Part shown: piece after piece, positions 10,708-23,937 of the stretch
Layout of the letters: the number at the start of each line of letters is the position of its first letter
Position numbering within the stretch: position 1 is the first letter of the stretch
The notes under the pieces: model-generated
Told to the model about the DNA's origin: nothing
The model's database searches: none
What the model saw: the letters and a program-made list of their open reading frames with translations, nothing else
Made by a program: the position numbers and the translations under genes
Assembly: GCA_965153455.1 (NCBI GenBank)
Contig: OZ234493.1
Coordinates: 2,666,001-2,730,000 of the forward strand
Length of the DNA: 64,000 nucleotides
Origin: Sphagnum compactum
Lineage: Eukaryota
Direction of reading: 5' to 3'

Positions 10708-13153
10708 CAGGCCTCTCTATATACGGAAATCTATTAATAGAATCCATAAGTTCCGTATTTCATTTTCGTAGGGTGCCGTTTTTTAACGGTATCAAAAAAA
10801 AACTTTATTTCAGTTTTGAAAGTCCGTGGTGCATTTCCGGATCACCAAACGACGTTCCCTTGCCATTTACTGCATTTTTGCTCGATCGATGGAGACTTCT
10901 GAGCTTGCTCCAAAACGTCCCCGCAAAGCTGGAGCTCGCAAGACGCCCTTCCAGACGAAACATGCCATACAATATGGACTTTCCATTACAGCCCACGACC
11001 CGATGTCTTCTGAAGTTGTTGTTGTCCACTGCCAATTTTGCATATGCTTTGGTCGCGAAGGCTCTTCTAAAAAATCGTTGACGACTTGGACGTTCGAAGG
11101 ACCTCCATTTCGAACCGATAATTACACGCAGCACCTTCGCCTGAATCACAAAACTCGATGGGAAGAATACCAAGGGCTGGCACATCAGGAGAAATCGAAA
11201 TATTTCGACGTCGTTGTCAAGCACGCTGAAACTATATGCCATTACATCGAGCCCCGATCTGAAGCTATCTCATTGACCGTCAGCAGCAGCATCGTTGATG
11301 TTGTGATTGGCGACATGCTCTGGCATCCAACCAACATGGAAGGGCAAACACATGAAAACGCATTGTCTCTTTTTAAACGGAAGGAAGACGGTAGCTATCT
11401 CGTAGAGATCACCAAGTCAAAGCAATTCTTGCTAGCGACGCGTTATGTTGGATGTGGAATGTCGTTTACCATGGCTGCAGATGCAATTCATGATGCAAAA
11501 GAGGTTTGCGACATTCCAAAGTTCGGCACTTGCAGCGATTACTTGGTTGCTTCCTACGCCAGAGTTGCATGTGCCCTTTCGATTGAACACATTTCGCAAG
11601 TTCTATGCAGCAAATGGGCGTTTTTAGTGGCGTTTGACGCGTCAACCGACCTTCGGCAAACCTCTTGGGTTGATGTTCGCATTCGGTACTATCAGAACTC
11701 TGCTCTGGAAAACCTTCATTTGATTACTCTCCCATTTGCTGGTCGGCACACTGGCTTGGCCATGTTCGAGATGTTTGAGAAACTGTTTGACGCTGTCTAT
11801 CCTTTATGGAAAGACAAGTTGATTGGTTGCTCTACGGACGGGGCAGCAAATATGACTGGGCGTCTTTCTGGAGTTGTGACATGGATCCAAAACGTTGTGA
11901 AGCCAAACTTCATGCGAGTGTGGTGTCTGTTGCATCAAATAGACATCATTATGCAGAGGGTTTACAAGCGAGTAGGTTGTAACTTTTACAAGACGCTTAC
12001 CTCCATTATTTCATTCTTGAGGCGCCAGAAGAACCTCGTTGAGGAAATGCAAGCCATCTGTCCAAACCTTTCAGCCACTCGATGGGCTTCTATGTCGCGC
12101 GTTGCTTGATTTCTGGTTGAGAAGCGATCGGAAATTGTAACATACTTTGTTGAAACGGAACCATCCGATTGTTTTGACCAGCTTCCAACTCCTGCTTTCT
12201 GGATCTTGATCTCTGTCATTAGCGAGATCTCAATGCATGTTAATGAGTGCGTCGAGAGCTTGCAAGGCCGGCGGGTGACTTTACAGCAGCAAACGGTCGT
12301 CGTTCAATCACTGCTGGATTCTTTACAGCGTTTTGCTTTCGTGGAACTCACTCCCGATGATGACACTTTATCGACCGTGCAGGACGTCGTCGTTATTGGG
12401 GAGAGGCAGGTTAGTTACGCTGACCTAAGGGGATTCATTCAAGATCAGGGCATCTTCGCCAGCCAAATTCTTGATGCGCTAGAGCCAGAAGAACGCACTG
12501 AAGTTCTGGATGCCATTGGCGAAATCCTTTTGTCGATTGTCAACGGGTTGAGCTCAGTCGAGGCTTTGCGCGACGAAGTGAACGACGCCAGTACCGATGG
12601 CATGCCTCCTTGCTTGCCGCACAAACTGCTAGCGTTGAAACCACGCGACGTCGTTCAGTTAGTCCTGAAATTCCACGATCGACTGTCGGTTTTCTTGACT
12701 CAGAATTCCATTGATTTGATTGTCGATCAGCACAAGAAGCTTCTGAATGCCGTCAGCAAGGAGCCAAGGCTCCAAACTGCCTTGGCTCGTCACAGTGAGC
12801 AGACAGACTTCAGCGACGCTTGGAAGACCCCATCCATTAAGGACCGGTTTCCTGAGCAGATGGAGTTTTGTGGGGGCTTGGCTTCTCCTTTCCCCAACAC
12901 GGCCACCGTTGAAAGCGATTTCTCAGTTTTGAAATGGGAAAAGGATCTACACCGATCGAATATTACTCCTTTTTCACTTGAAGGGATCTTACACTGCCGT
13001 CAGATTCGCTTTTTGCTGAAGAATTAGTAATGAAAGCCAATGATAGAAGAGATTTCTGAATAAATTTTGTATTTTCCGTATTTTATTTCTGTAGCGCGCC
13101 GTATTTTATTGAAAAACGGAACATGGGGATTGTTCCGTAGATAGAGAGGCCTG
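10708..13153 (+). mobile_element. hAT DNA transposon, family B
   Basis: 21-bp TIR CAGGCCTCTCTAT(A/C)TACGGAA (20/21 match; 10708-10728 and 13133-13153); 8-bp TSD CCTATAAC/CTTATAAC (7/8); CCGTA/TACGG subterminal motifs. Confidence 0.93.
10889..13027 (+). pseudogene. Intronless hAT-like transposase (~712 codons) with one internal stop
   Basis: ORFs 10826-12109 and 12206-13027 share a frame and are separated by TGA at 12107-12109. Candidate catalytic motifs: AFDASTD, STDGAANMTG, WCLLH, TRW, TVESDFS. N-terminal CxxC...H...H finger (CQFC...HLRLNH). Confidence 0.85.
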
Positions 13154-13699
13154 CTTATAACAAATAATAACACTTATCAAATTGAGAATTTAAAATTGAT
13201 CTACATTACCAACTTGATTATGAAAATACCTATTTAATTATTTCTCAATAAAAGTATACCCACTTTTCACAATGAACTTTTGAAGTACAAAAATATGGAT
13301 TGGTCGATAGACTGGAATGGTAGAAAGTAAAAGGTTCATATTGAATTCCATTCCAAATTATTTGTAATGTTTCAATATATAGTGTAACATCAAATAATAA
13401 ACTTTTATGTGAAAATCTTCCCTCAAAAATCATAATCAAATTTTATTTAATGATTTTTGAATGGTCGAAATTGAACCATATTTCATAAATCCCTAACATA
13501 GTTGTTTTTTTTCAAATTTTATTTTTTTCTTCTAGAAATGTATATATTTGGAACATGTAGGGGGGCTCTTGTTTTTTCAAAAAATGAGTCACCTTTTACT
13601 ATGTACACCCTTTTGCAAAACTTGTTGTGTGACACAAAAACTGATTCACCTTATCTTGCACCCATTTGATGGCATCTACCAATTAGTCCAACAATAAGA

Positions 13700-14690
13700 C
13701 ACAAATCATGTATAGTTTATATGAAGGGGAATGCTTCATTATTGTGCGGGTGGTTTCATCCTTCTAGTGTTATATTTATGGTAGCCCATTTATATTGGTC
13801 ATGGATCACCAACCTTTGAAATTTTAATGGAATCATATCACCTCATAGGGAAGTTAGCCACGTGGGCATTTATTTTGCAAGAGTTTGTTTTTGACATAAT
13901 CCATAGGGCTAGTAGGGTTAATTAGGATGTCGATGGATTGAATCAAAGCCCAAGTTCCAATGAAATGATTAGCATAGGGGTTCAATGGCATGGTGATGTG
14001 GATTTGAAGGTAGTACTTGGATGGCATGCCTCTGCACACTTATATGTACCTTGTTAGGATTGGGTTAACACCCAGGGAATGTGATTAGGTTGTGCATAAG
14101 GCCAAGCGATTCAACAGGAAGGCATTTCCTTTTTACAAGTGTGGACAAATGGACAAGTGTGGGTTGTGCCTTGCCCAAAACAACTTAAGGGCCTTGTGCA
14201 ACATGCTCACGAAAAGTTGAGCCATTTTGGGGTCCGATAGACCTATTGTTTGTTTTAGGTGCAATATTGGTGACAAAGGATACAACTACAAGTTCAACAT
14301 TTTGTTTTTTGGTGCATGGTGTTGACTAAGTGTGGGGGTCATTCAACCCATGTACATTTCATTTGTAGCCATTGTCCATCATGGGGCTTGGGTATTAATG
14401 GAGTTTGGAATTTGCCATTCGATTGAATTTGACAATGCAATTAACTAATATGTTTTGGTTATAATTTAAGATTTTTCAAAGTGGCTAAAGTTGGTGCCAT
14501 TACTAAATCGTAGCAATGAGGGTATTGCATATGCATTTTTTGATAGGGCATTTAGTAGGTTTGGGGCTTTAGTTGAAATATTCAGTAACCAAGGTACAAA
14601 ATTCCATGAGGAATTTTATGAATTATGTGAAAAAACATTGATTGATCATTGCACAATTTCACAAGACCATCTTAAGGTAAATGGTGGAAT
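13700..14690 (+). pseudogene. Ty3/gypsy pol relic (RNase H and integrase)
   Basis: Fragmented translation gives EGECF..., GKLATWAFILQEFVFDIIHR, HAHEKLSHFG, FSKWLKLVPL and FSRFGALVEIFSNQGTKF...TISQDHLKVNG, with many stops and frameshifts. Confidence 0.8.
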
Positions 14691-15482
14691 CATGGGGGAC
14701 ACCTCACCATGCATTCTAGATCCCTCAAGACTTCCACTCAGAATTCACTTTTTATGGGCCCTTTCCATTCAATGTTAAGTGCAATGTTGGGTGGAATAGG
14801 GATTAATTCTAGAATAGATGGGGAGGGATTATTTTGGTTTTTGGTCGACTATTCCCAATGTGTTCCATCAAAGTTCCCAATGTGTTCCCTGAAATGTTCC
14901 CAATAACATCTCATTTCTTATCTCATATTGTTTGGCAATGGTTCAATTTCCATTGTATATAAGTTGTAGAGGAGGGGGGGAGGGGACTGCAAAGGAAAGC
15001 ATGACAAAACATGCTTCTATTTTGCGGCGGGAAGCATATATTTAGGCTCTATGTAGTGGAGTGCCCCATGTTGCAAAAATATTGGTGGTGGGCCAATCAA
15101 ATGGCTCCTTCTGGGAAAAAAATAAATTAAAAAACTGACTATGGGTGTGATTAATTAATAGTCGCAACATGAATAAGTAGCACCCAACTTATGGTTACTT
15201 GTCCCACCTAGAAAAAAAGAAAACCATATCACATGAATAGGACAGCAAAATTGCACATTCTCGCCATTTAGGGAGGCTGGCATTGTGACAAAACTGGAGG
15301 CCACTAAGGAAGCTAGTAGGCCAAGTTTATGAAATTCAAAAAAGGCCAGGAAAGTGGTGAGAGGAGGGGGACATCAATATTTTGGCTTGGGCTTCCAGTG
15401 AAAACTACAACATTTTGTCCTGGGACCACAAGATGGAATATTGGCTTGGGCCTAGGTTACCAGTTAGAATATTGCATATCTT

Positions 15483-16436
15483 GAGACTCAAACAGTCAAA
15501 GGTCCATTTCATCTTTGGCAAACTATTGTCAATTTTGTCCTAAGCTCTAGGTGGCCCATGATCATTTTGTCCAGTGGCATTGGGTCTTAGGCCACCATGT
15601 CCAAGACCTTGGGTAGCCTAAGGTCAGATTGCCTAGAATTGATTTAAAAAAAATGTTGCCCATGAATGCATAAGATTCATTCCTTCCTTACTCAAAACAT
15701 CTTTCTTTTGTTTTTCTTTGTCTTTGGGGCTGGGATGTGGGGGGAGAAAGCCAGTCGAGGCATTTTGATTGCCTAAAAACTTACCTGGTGTACTTACTTA
15801 CCTAGCTGCACGTGCAAATACCCGCCTCCCTACTTGCCTACTTACTTCCCCACTTACTTAGGCTACCAACCTACCCACTCACATAGGTTGCCTACCTTCG
15901 TACCTATGCATTACCTAGTGTACTTACCTACCTGCTTACTTATTAGAACATAGGTAGATAGGGTAGGAAGGTAAGTTTTTAAAAAAGTTTGGGTAGGTGA
16001 ATATGTATGTAGGTAGGAAACTTCTTTCTTTGGTAGGTACACTAGGTAGGTGAATAGGTATGTAAGTAGGCCACCTATGTGAGTGGGTAGGTTTGTAACC
16101 TAAGTAAGTGGGGAAGTAACTTAGATAGGCAAATAAGTAGATGGGTATGTCGCCTATGTAGTTATGCAAGTAGGTACACCAGGTAATCAAAATGCCCTAA
16201 CTTGCTTTCCCCTAACCCCAAAGGAAAAAAAACAGAAGAAAAATGTTTGGGTAGGGAAAGAATGAATCTTATTCATTCATGGGTAGCATTTTCTAAAAAT
16301 TAATTCTGGGCAATCTGACCTTAAATTACCTGGGGGCCAGGACATCATGGCCTAAGGCCCATGCCACCATGACAAAATCACCATAGGCCATCTAAGACCT
16401 AGGACAAAATGGACCTTACATTGTCTGAGGTTCGAA
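15483..16436. repeat. Large imperfect inverted repeat (foldback/MITE-like), arms ~450 bp
   Basis: AGGTCAGATTGCCTAGAATT (~15621) pairs with AATTCTGGGCAATCTGACCT (~16302); CATGAATGCATAAGATTCATT pairs with AATGAATCTTATTCATTCATG; CCTAC-rich left centre faces GTAGG-rich right centre. Confidence 0.85.
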
Positions 16437-16689
16437 AACATAAACTGTATGTATCAAATTTGAACAAAATAGAGGATTAGAGCGCCTTGTGCCATCATAT
16501 TTGTAATTGCGACTAAGCTTGTTAATTCTTACCCATGCCAATTTTCCATATCTTGAGGTCCCATGACATAAAATATTCTAATTTTTACACCAACCCCAAG
16601 CAAACATTTTGATGCCTCCCTCCTCCCCACTTGCATGGTCTTTTCAGAGCTCCGTGAAACTTTGTATATAGTTGTCCAAGCTCTAAGTT

Positions 16690-17079
16690 CAATTCTCAGC
16701 TCGCTATCATGTCCAAGACCCTGGGCCACCTTGACCTGGCCCCTGGGTGTTCAATTTCTTGCAAGTTGATCACTGCAATGCAATTCATGTATAGTCAGTC
16801 ATTCTTTGGTGGTGTTGGCAGCAGTTTTGGATTGGTGATCACTATGTTTATCACAACAACGTGGCTTGCACTTGCAGTCCAGGTTTAGACATGGCTTTTA
16901 GTAGGCTTTTAGTGGTATGAGGGATATCTTCTAGCGCACGAGAGCACTTGGGTCTGCATCTAACGTGTTTGTCGCGTTCTTGCCTCTGACTTGTATGCCG
17001 GCAGTGCTGATCAGAAGTCTTCAAGGCACAAGCAATAGCTGCTCGTCACAGTGTGGGAACGCCACCATCCCGTATCCCC
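16690..17079 (+). pseudogene. Truncated 5' fragment of a third WAK paralogue
   Basis: Matches the 5' flank and start of exon 1 of both WAK copies (GCAGTTTTGGATTGGTGA..ATGTTTATCACA; AGAAGTCTTCAAGGCACAAGCAATAGCTGC; QCGNATIPYP), then similarity stops abruptly. Confidence 0.8.
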
Positions 17080-18193
17080 CTACCGCCCTTTTCGTCCTCT
17101 TTTTGATTCTTTGGTTTCTGCTGACTTGATAGCTTTTGAAGCTTGAGAGGAGCCATTTCAAAATTTGAAGTACCCACTAAATTATGTTTTGAACATATTG
17201 AGAGCAAATTGAAAGACATAATTTCATGTGCTCTTTGCACCTAATTTTATGGATGATGTGGACTTGAAGCAATCCGAAAATTCATGAAATTTTAAGATAA
17301 AACAAATTTCATCCAGAAGAAATGTTCATCGATAATCTTATTTCATCCATGAACTGTTGTTGTTCATTCACTTTTTTTTGGCATTAAAAGTTTTTCAAAG
17401 TCCATAGATGCACATCAATGAATATCACATATGTGAATTTTTAATGGATGAAAAATTTGTAGATGAAAAATTATGAACAAAATTTCATGGATGAAAAGAT
17501 GAACTTTCATGAATAAACCTCACCCATGTAATCATTGTTGGTTGAAGGGACATCCCTTGGCTAGGGACATCCATGGACATCATGGCCTTCAGCAATGAGA
17601 CCAATGTCCATTTACATACTCCTTGGCAAGGATTTTGCTAAGGAGATTTATCACACGCTGATCAAGTTCAGCAATTTAGAGGGTAGTTTGAAATTTGAAG
17701 GGCTCCTCTCCAGCTTCAAAGAGCCATCAAGTCAAAAATAAATAAGTAAAGGGAGAGAGCAGGAAGGAAATGAGGGGGGTGGCGTGCCCTGCGCAAGTCT
17801 GTGAAAAAAAATCAGCAGCGGCCTGATTTTGTGGGGTAGAAGTTTTGAGAGACTGGAAAAAAAATCCAGGCATTGGACTTCCCAGAGTTAAAAAGAATTT
17901 GTGGGCAGCTTGAACATCATTTGGGTAGTGGATGTCGCACGGCACAAGGTGAAGTGAACATGGCAATTGGGCATTTTGGACTTTGCGAGTTGGCAAAGTC
18001 GACTTATTGGGCATTGTGGACTTTGAGATTTGGCAAAGTGGAATTAGGCACACCTTGGAAAAGTAAGCGATATGGGAGAAGGCTTGCTTGTTGGATCGAT
18101 GGGAGAAGGCTTGCTGGTTTTGTCTGACAAGGTGTTCTTTTAGATGATCATTCTTTGATTGGGTTGGAAGCAGTTTTGGATTGAGGATCGGTT

Positions 18194-21100
18194 ATGTTTC
18201 TTACCTCAGTGATGGCTTGCAGTCAAGGTGTAATGGTAGTTTTATTTAGCAGTGACTTGAGAAATCATAAAAAAATTCAGCACATGAGAGCACTTGGGCA
18301 TGCTAAGTTGTTTGTTGTGTTCTTGGTTGTGGCTTCTTTTCCTGCAGTGTTCACAAGAAGCCTTCAAGGCACAAGCAATAGCTGTTTATCACAGTGTGGG
18401 AACGTCACAAATTCCGTATCCATTTGGCACCGGTCCGGGATGTGGCCTGCCGGAGTTTTCTTTGAACTGCACTAGTGATGCGGGGTCAAATTTCTCAGCA
18501 AATCCAGCGCTGCTGCTTGCACCGGCCTGTGGTTCTTCTGGCAACTTTTATCAGGTCACAAGCATCTCAGCCAATACACTCATCATCAACGCCACTAATC
18601 TTGTAGCAAACTCCTGTGATCCAACCGTCGGTTCCGGAAATTATGCAAGCACAAGCGCTTGTCTAGGTCCAGCTTCAGCGCCATATGTTTTTACGTCGCA
18701 GAATAATTTATTTGCAGTGGAGTGCAGAGGATGGGGCCAGTTATTTGGTGATGGTGAATTTGTTGGCCAATGCTCAATTGGATGTACTGCTACCAGCCAA
18801 AATGAAATGGCCTACTGCCATAACTTTGAGTGCTGTACCACACCACAATTTCCCAATAGTGTGCGCAACATCACGATTTATGGAGGAGGTAGCTGTGGAC
18901 GGGCCAGCGTGATCTACCCTCCTACTTATGAGTGGGGACAACCATTGGGAGAATGGGGAGTTCAGTTGGGATGGGCCATTCCTGGACCGAGTTGCCAAAA
19001 CGCGACAACGCTGGGTAACTATTCTTGCGCTGCGACGGCAACCTGCCAGGATGCTCAATTCTCAGGTCTGACAGGGTACACATGTGCGTGCAATGCTGGT
19101 TACTATGGGGATGGATACGGGAACGGAACCGGATGTCACGGTAAGCATGACCTAAAGAGCTCGTGCTATTAATGTCCTACTTAGAATTTCATACTTTTCG
19201 TTTTGGCGATGCTAGAAGACCATTATTTGAGACCTTGCAAATCAAGATTCTAATCAGGGCGTAGAAGGGATGAGCAAACATCTGATAGTTTTGTGTGAAG
19301 ATTACCTGAAGTGATGGCCGAAACAAGAACTACACATGTTTCAAACAAATTGTCTTGGTCTTCTTTGCAGTCCTCATTTATTGCTTTCCATCGACCAATG
19401 TGTGCAATTCTTAGCTCAGTCTTGCTTATATGAAATAGTTCGTGCAAGTCTGAGAACTAAGTAGATTGTTAATCAACGTTGTCAAGTCAGCATGCATATC
19501 CTTTGACTAAAAATGTTCTCAACATTTGCTTTGATCTGTAGATATCAATGAGTGCTTGAACCAAACATTGAACAATTGTTCAAGCAATGCAAAGTGTATA
19601 AACACCATTGGATGTTACTATTGTAATTGCACCAAAAGGCTTCATGGGTGATGGCTACACAAATGGATCTTCATGTATTGGTAAGCTCCTAATGTTGAAT
19701 AAGTTATTATGCTGGTGTCATCCTGACTCTGACTTGGGCATCCCATCCAGTAAACTTTGTCTGAAAGATGTGGTCAACATATAAGTTTATATAAAGTAAT
19801 ATATTGACAAATAAAATTTTGTTTCTTGCAGCTGCAGAAATCAACAAATGCTTGAACTCCACATTGAATAATTGTTCTCCAAATGCAATTTGTACCAACT
19901 CGACAGGAGGTTATTATTGTAATTGCACCAACGGATTATCTGGTGATGGCTCTCGTGATGGGACAGGATGTCAATCTATTAAGAAACGTAACCTTTTACT
20001 AGTTGCAGGTATTTCACAATGCTACCTACTACCTACTATCGAAAACAATTGTATGATTTCTATTGTGTAATACCCTTGAAGGTTTTCAACATTTATTGTC
20101 ATTTGATGACTAAAGACTATATATAGAATCTTTGGTTGCAAGAGTGCAACCATTGAAAGATAGTTGTCAACCTTGAGAGTTTGATTCAAATCTAATTCCA
20201 TCCAAATGAGACAATTACAATCCTTCCATGATGGATCAGAGTACATACCCAAACATGATTGTTGAGAATCATTAACTTTGTTCATCAAGTCTGAACCATG
20301 AGTAATAGATCTTTGTTGCAAAGGTGTCCAATACTAGAACCAACATTTTAATCAATCCTTTTAGTCTTGACTTTGAGGTTTCATTGTGAATCATGATCTT
20401 CTCTAACTTCGATTGTTGCCAATAACCAATTTTTTTTGCTATGTAATTGTTGTAATGGGTTGCAACTAAAGATGCTTGAAATGCATTTTGATCCTAGGAC
20501 TACCGGCAATAGTAGCTATACTTGTGGGGCTCGGAGGTGTTCTATTGGCCTTGTTGTGTTGTATCAAAAGAACAAGGACACATAAGCAATTTGCTCGAAG
20601 AAATTTTGAAGCCTTGGGGAAGCTTCAAGACTTTTTCACCTCATTAACTGATGGTGAATCAAATGCAACAACTTTGTTTTCTTTGAAAGAGCTAGAAAAA
20701 GCAACAAATGGATTTGCTGATGACCAAAAGCTTGGTGTTGGAGGATTTGGCACAGTTTATAAAGGCACAATGGAAAGTGGATTGATTGTGGCGGTGAAAA
20801 GGACAAATACACTAGACACAAGCGGTGCACAACAATTTTTAAATGAAGTGGCCTTGTTATCCCAGGTCAATCATCGTAACCTTGTTCGTCTTCATGGATG
20901 CTGCTTGGAGACAGAAGTACCAATGCTTGTGTATGAATATGTCTTGAATGGAAACCTTAGTGAACATTTACGAGGTGAAAAATTTAGTGAACTTGGACAC
21001 TTGACTTGGCTCAAACGCATGCAAATTGCAATTGAAACTGCAGAGGCCATTACTTACCTCCATTCAGAAGCAAATCCACCCATATATCATAGGGATGTAA

Positions 21101-21762
21101 AATCAACAAACATTTTATTGGACAATAACTATGGTGTCAAAGTGTCAGATTTCGGAATATCAAAATTGATCCCATTAGGTGCAACCCATGTTTCAACAAC
21201 AGCGCAAGGAACACCGGGCTACTGGGACCCTGAGTACTTCCTATCATACCAACTAACTGACAAAAGTGATGTTTATAGCTTTGGAGTCATTTTGTTAGAA
21301 TTGATAACCTCTCAACCTCCTATGAATTTCAATCATGATCAAAATGAAATGAGCTTAGTAGCCATGTGCGTTCCTCAAATCAAGGAGGGTAATTTAGAGG
21401 CAACTGTAGACCCCATGTTATCATCAGATTCTGAAGAAATGGAAACAACTTTACAAGAAATTGAAAAAGTTGCCATTATGGCAGTGCATTGTTTGGCATT
21501 CAAAGGAGACGATTGACCTTCCATGAAGCAAGTGACAAAGGTTTTACATCAAATCAAAGGATGCAATGGTCAATGGAGTGAAGGTAGAAGAAACATGTCA
21601 AGTGAATTTGGACTTGTTGGGGTTCATGAAATGAAACTAGTTCAAGAGTTGAAAATGCATCAATTAATAGATGCAAACACTCCAAACTCGAGTCAAAGTT
21701 CTAATGCATTGTCTACTTCTAATCACTCCAATAACTCTTCAAGCTTTTGTGTAAGGAAATAG
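18194..21762 (+). pseudogene. WAK: Wall-associated receptor kinase copy A (pseudogene); exons ~18194-19140, 19542-19680, 19838-20008, 20498-21762
   Basis: GUB_WAK-type CG..IPYPFG...GC, three EGF-like modules, TM segment and RD kinase (HRDVKSTN, DFG, GTPGYWDPEY); GT-AG borders. Lesions: +1 A near 18410, +1 A near 19635 (139-bp exon), CGA>TGA at 21514-21516. Confidence 0.9.
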
Positions 21763-23937
21763 ATTTAAAATTTAAGCTAGTTGTAATTTAGAATGTATTT
21801 GGTTGAACTATTTATTATCTCCTTAAATGGTGCACATTGAATGTTTTCATACATGATGCACATAAAGGCAAAGTTGAATGGACCAAAATGTGACAAGGAA
21901 AAACATATATTTAAATACATTTTCTTTGTATTTTTTATTCATGAATTTAATAAGGGATAATAATGTAACTCCAATTCAATCATGTAATCCATCTCTATGA
22001 TTTGCGTGAAAGTTCAATATCTTGCATTAATGAGTCAAAGATAAATACATTTGCACATAGGTGTTGTCTAAATTATTCACAAATTTCATAAGTTGATGTC
22101 CGTGTCAAGATTATATAAAATAACACATAATAAAGTTAAAATATAATATATTTGAAAATATGTTTGGGTAATGTTTTTAAGGTCACTAGCACCTCAAATA
22201 TTAAAAGTCTATTTATGATTTATTATGTTTATATTCTATTGTCTATTGTCAAAAAATGCCCATGCAAGTTGCTATTCCACCAAAAATAGAGGATTTTAAA
22301 TATCAATGTTTGAAAAATAATAATAAAGAGGGGGTCGAAAGGTGTCTTTTTGAATTTGTCTTTTCAAAAAAAAATCAACACCATAGTCATAATTAGATTT
22401 CTAATACCTTTTGTACCAATTTGCATCCCACTTCTCTTTGATTCACTTTTATAAAACTTGTCTCCAATCCACCCAACATTCCATTCAAGTTCCACTAGAA
22501 ATGGGCAACTCCACCAAAGTGGAAGTGCTTGGGAAAAACCCCACTAATATTCCACTATGCACAAACCCATTCCATTGAAATCCACTCTTGTCCACTTGCG
22601 AACCAACATATTCACTATTAATACCAAAATATTACTTACAATAATATGTATAATGGATTCCAATGAAATTTAAAATAGTTCATTGACTTTAGCTTAGTCC
22701 ATTACTATTGCATTAATGTTTGGTGGAACGTAGGGAAATGTAGTGAACTTTGGTTTAGTGGATTCTAGCTAGTGAATATTTATTATCTAGCGGGTACAAC
22801 ATAGTGTACAAAGGGATGTGGACTTCAACATATGCGTCAAACCTAGCTAATGGTTTTGGATCAACTAGTGATCAATCCCCAATTTAATCATATTTGGAGT
22901 TCTCCAATAGTGATCATCAGCATTTCAATTCCACTAGAATAATTCATTAGTAGAATTCATATGTGCATGGACCAATATTGACTACCTAACATATGTACAC
23001 TAAGAGATATAAACTAAAATGGTGTGCAATGGAAATGCAATCGCATTGATTTGAGACATTTTATTCCTTTGCAACTAAAGTTCACATCTTGAACATGGAT
23101 GAAAAACGCAACACATTCTTTCTAGCAATGTTATATTAGTACCTAATAACTATGTCATGCACTTATTCATCAAAACATTATAGCATAAATTTTTAACCTC
23201 TATGCGATAGTGGTAGACAAAGTAATGGTGTAGGCATATGAACAACCATCCATAGGATCACCAAAACAATTGGTGGTGGAATATGCCACTGCTAGGTGGA
23301 AGATTTGTCAGTGGGTGTAGTGGAATCTTAGTGGCCAAGGCACAAGAATAATTTGTTTTTTACAGTTAAATTTTGGTTTTTTTCTTTCCCTTCAATCAAT
23401 GTTTCCATGAGGCCCAATGGAATTAACCCATGTGATTTATTGGGCCCACATTGCATGTTTTAAGCAAAAGTTGGACCAAGATATTCTCAATTGTTGTGCA
23501 TGCAATTCACACTCCATTATGGATTTTGCACCCCCTTAATTAATATTTTGATCATTTGTTATTTGTTGTTTGATTTTAAAGTGTTGAAAGCCGGTTATGT
23601 GCATTTCACAACTTCCAATGTAATCCAAATGCATGGAATACACATTAGTGTTGTGCATGTAAATGGTTTGAGATTTACACTCCATGTAAATGTGGGGTAA
23701 ATACATTTCAAGGTATTAGAACTGACGTCATTAAGCAAATAAACACAAACTACGCACCTTTTTCAATTGGGGTTCATTGCATGGTTCATAAATGTAATCT
23801 TGCATTCAAGACATTGTTTACCTCGGGAATAATTAATAGCATTGAAGGTTTGCTACAGAACTGCCATGCATATTTTGTTCACAACCCAAAGAGGCACATT
23901 GACATGATGGAAACAAAAGGGCTTAAAATGCTCAAAA

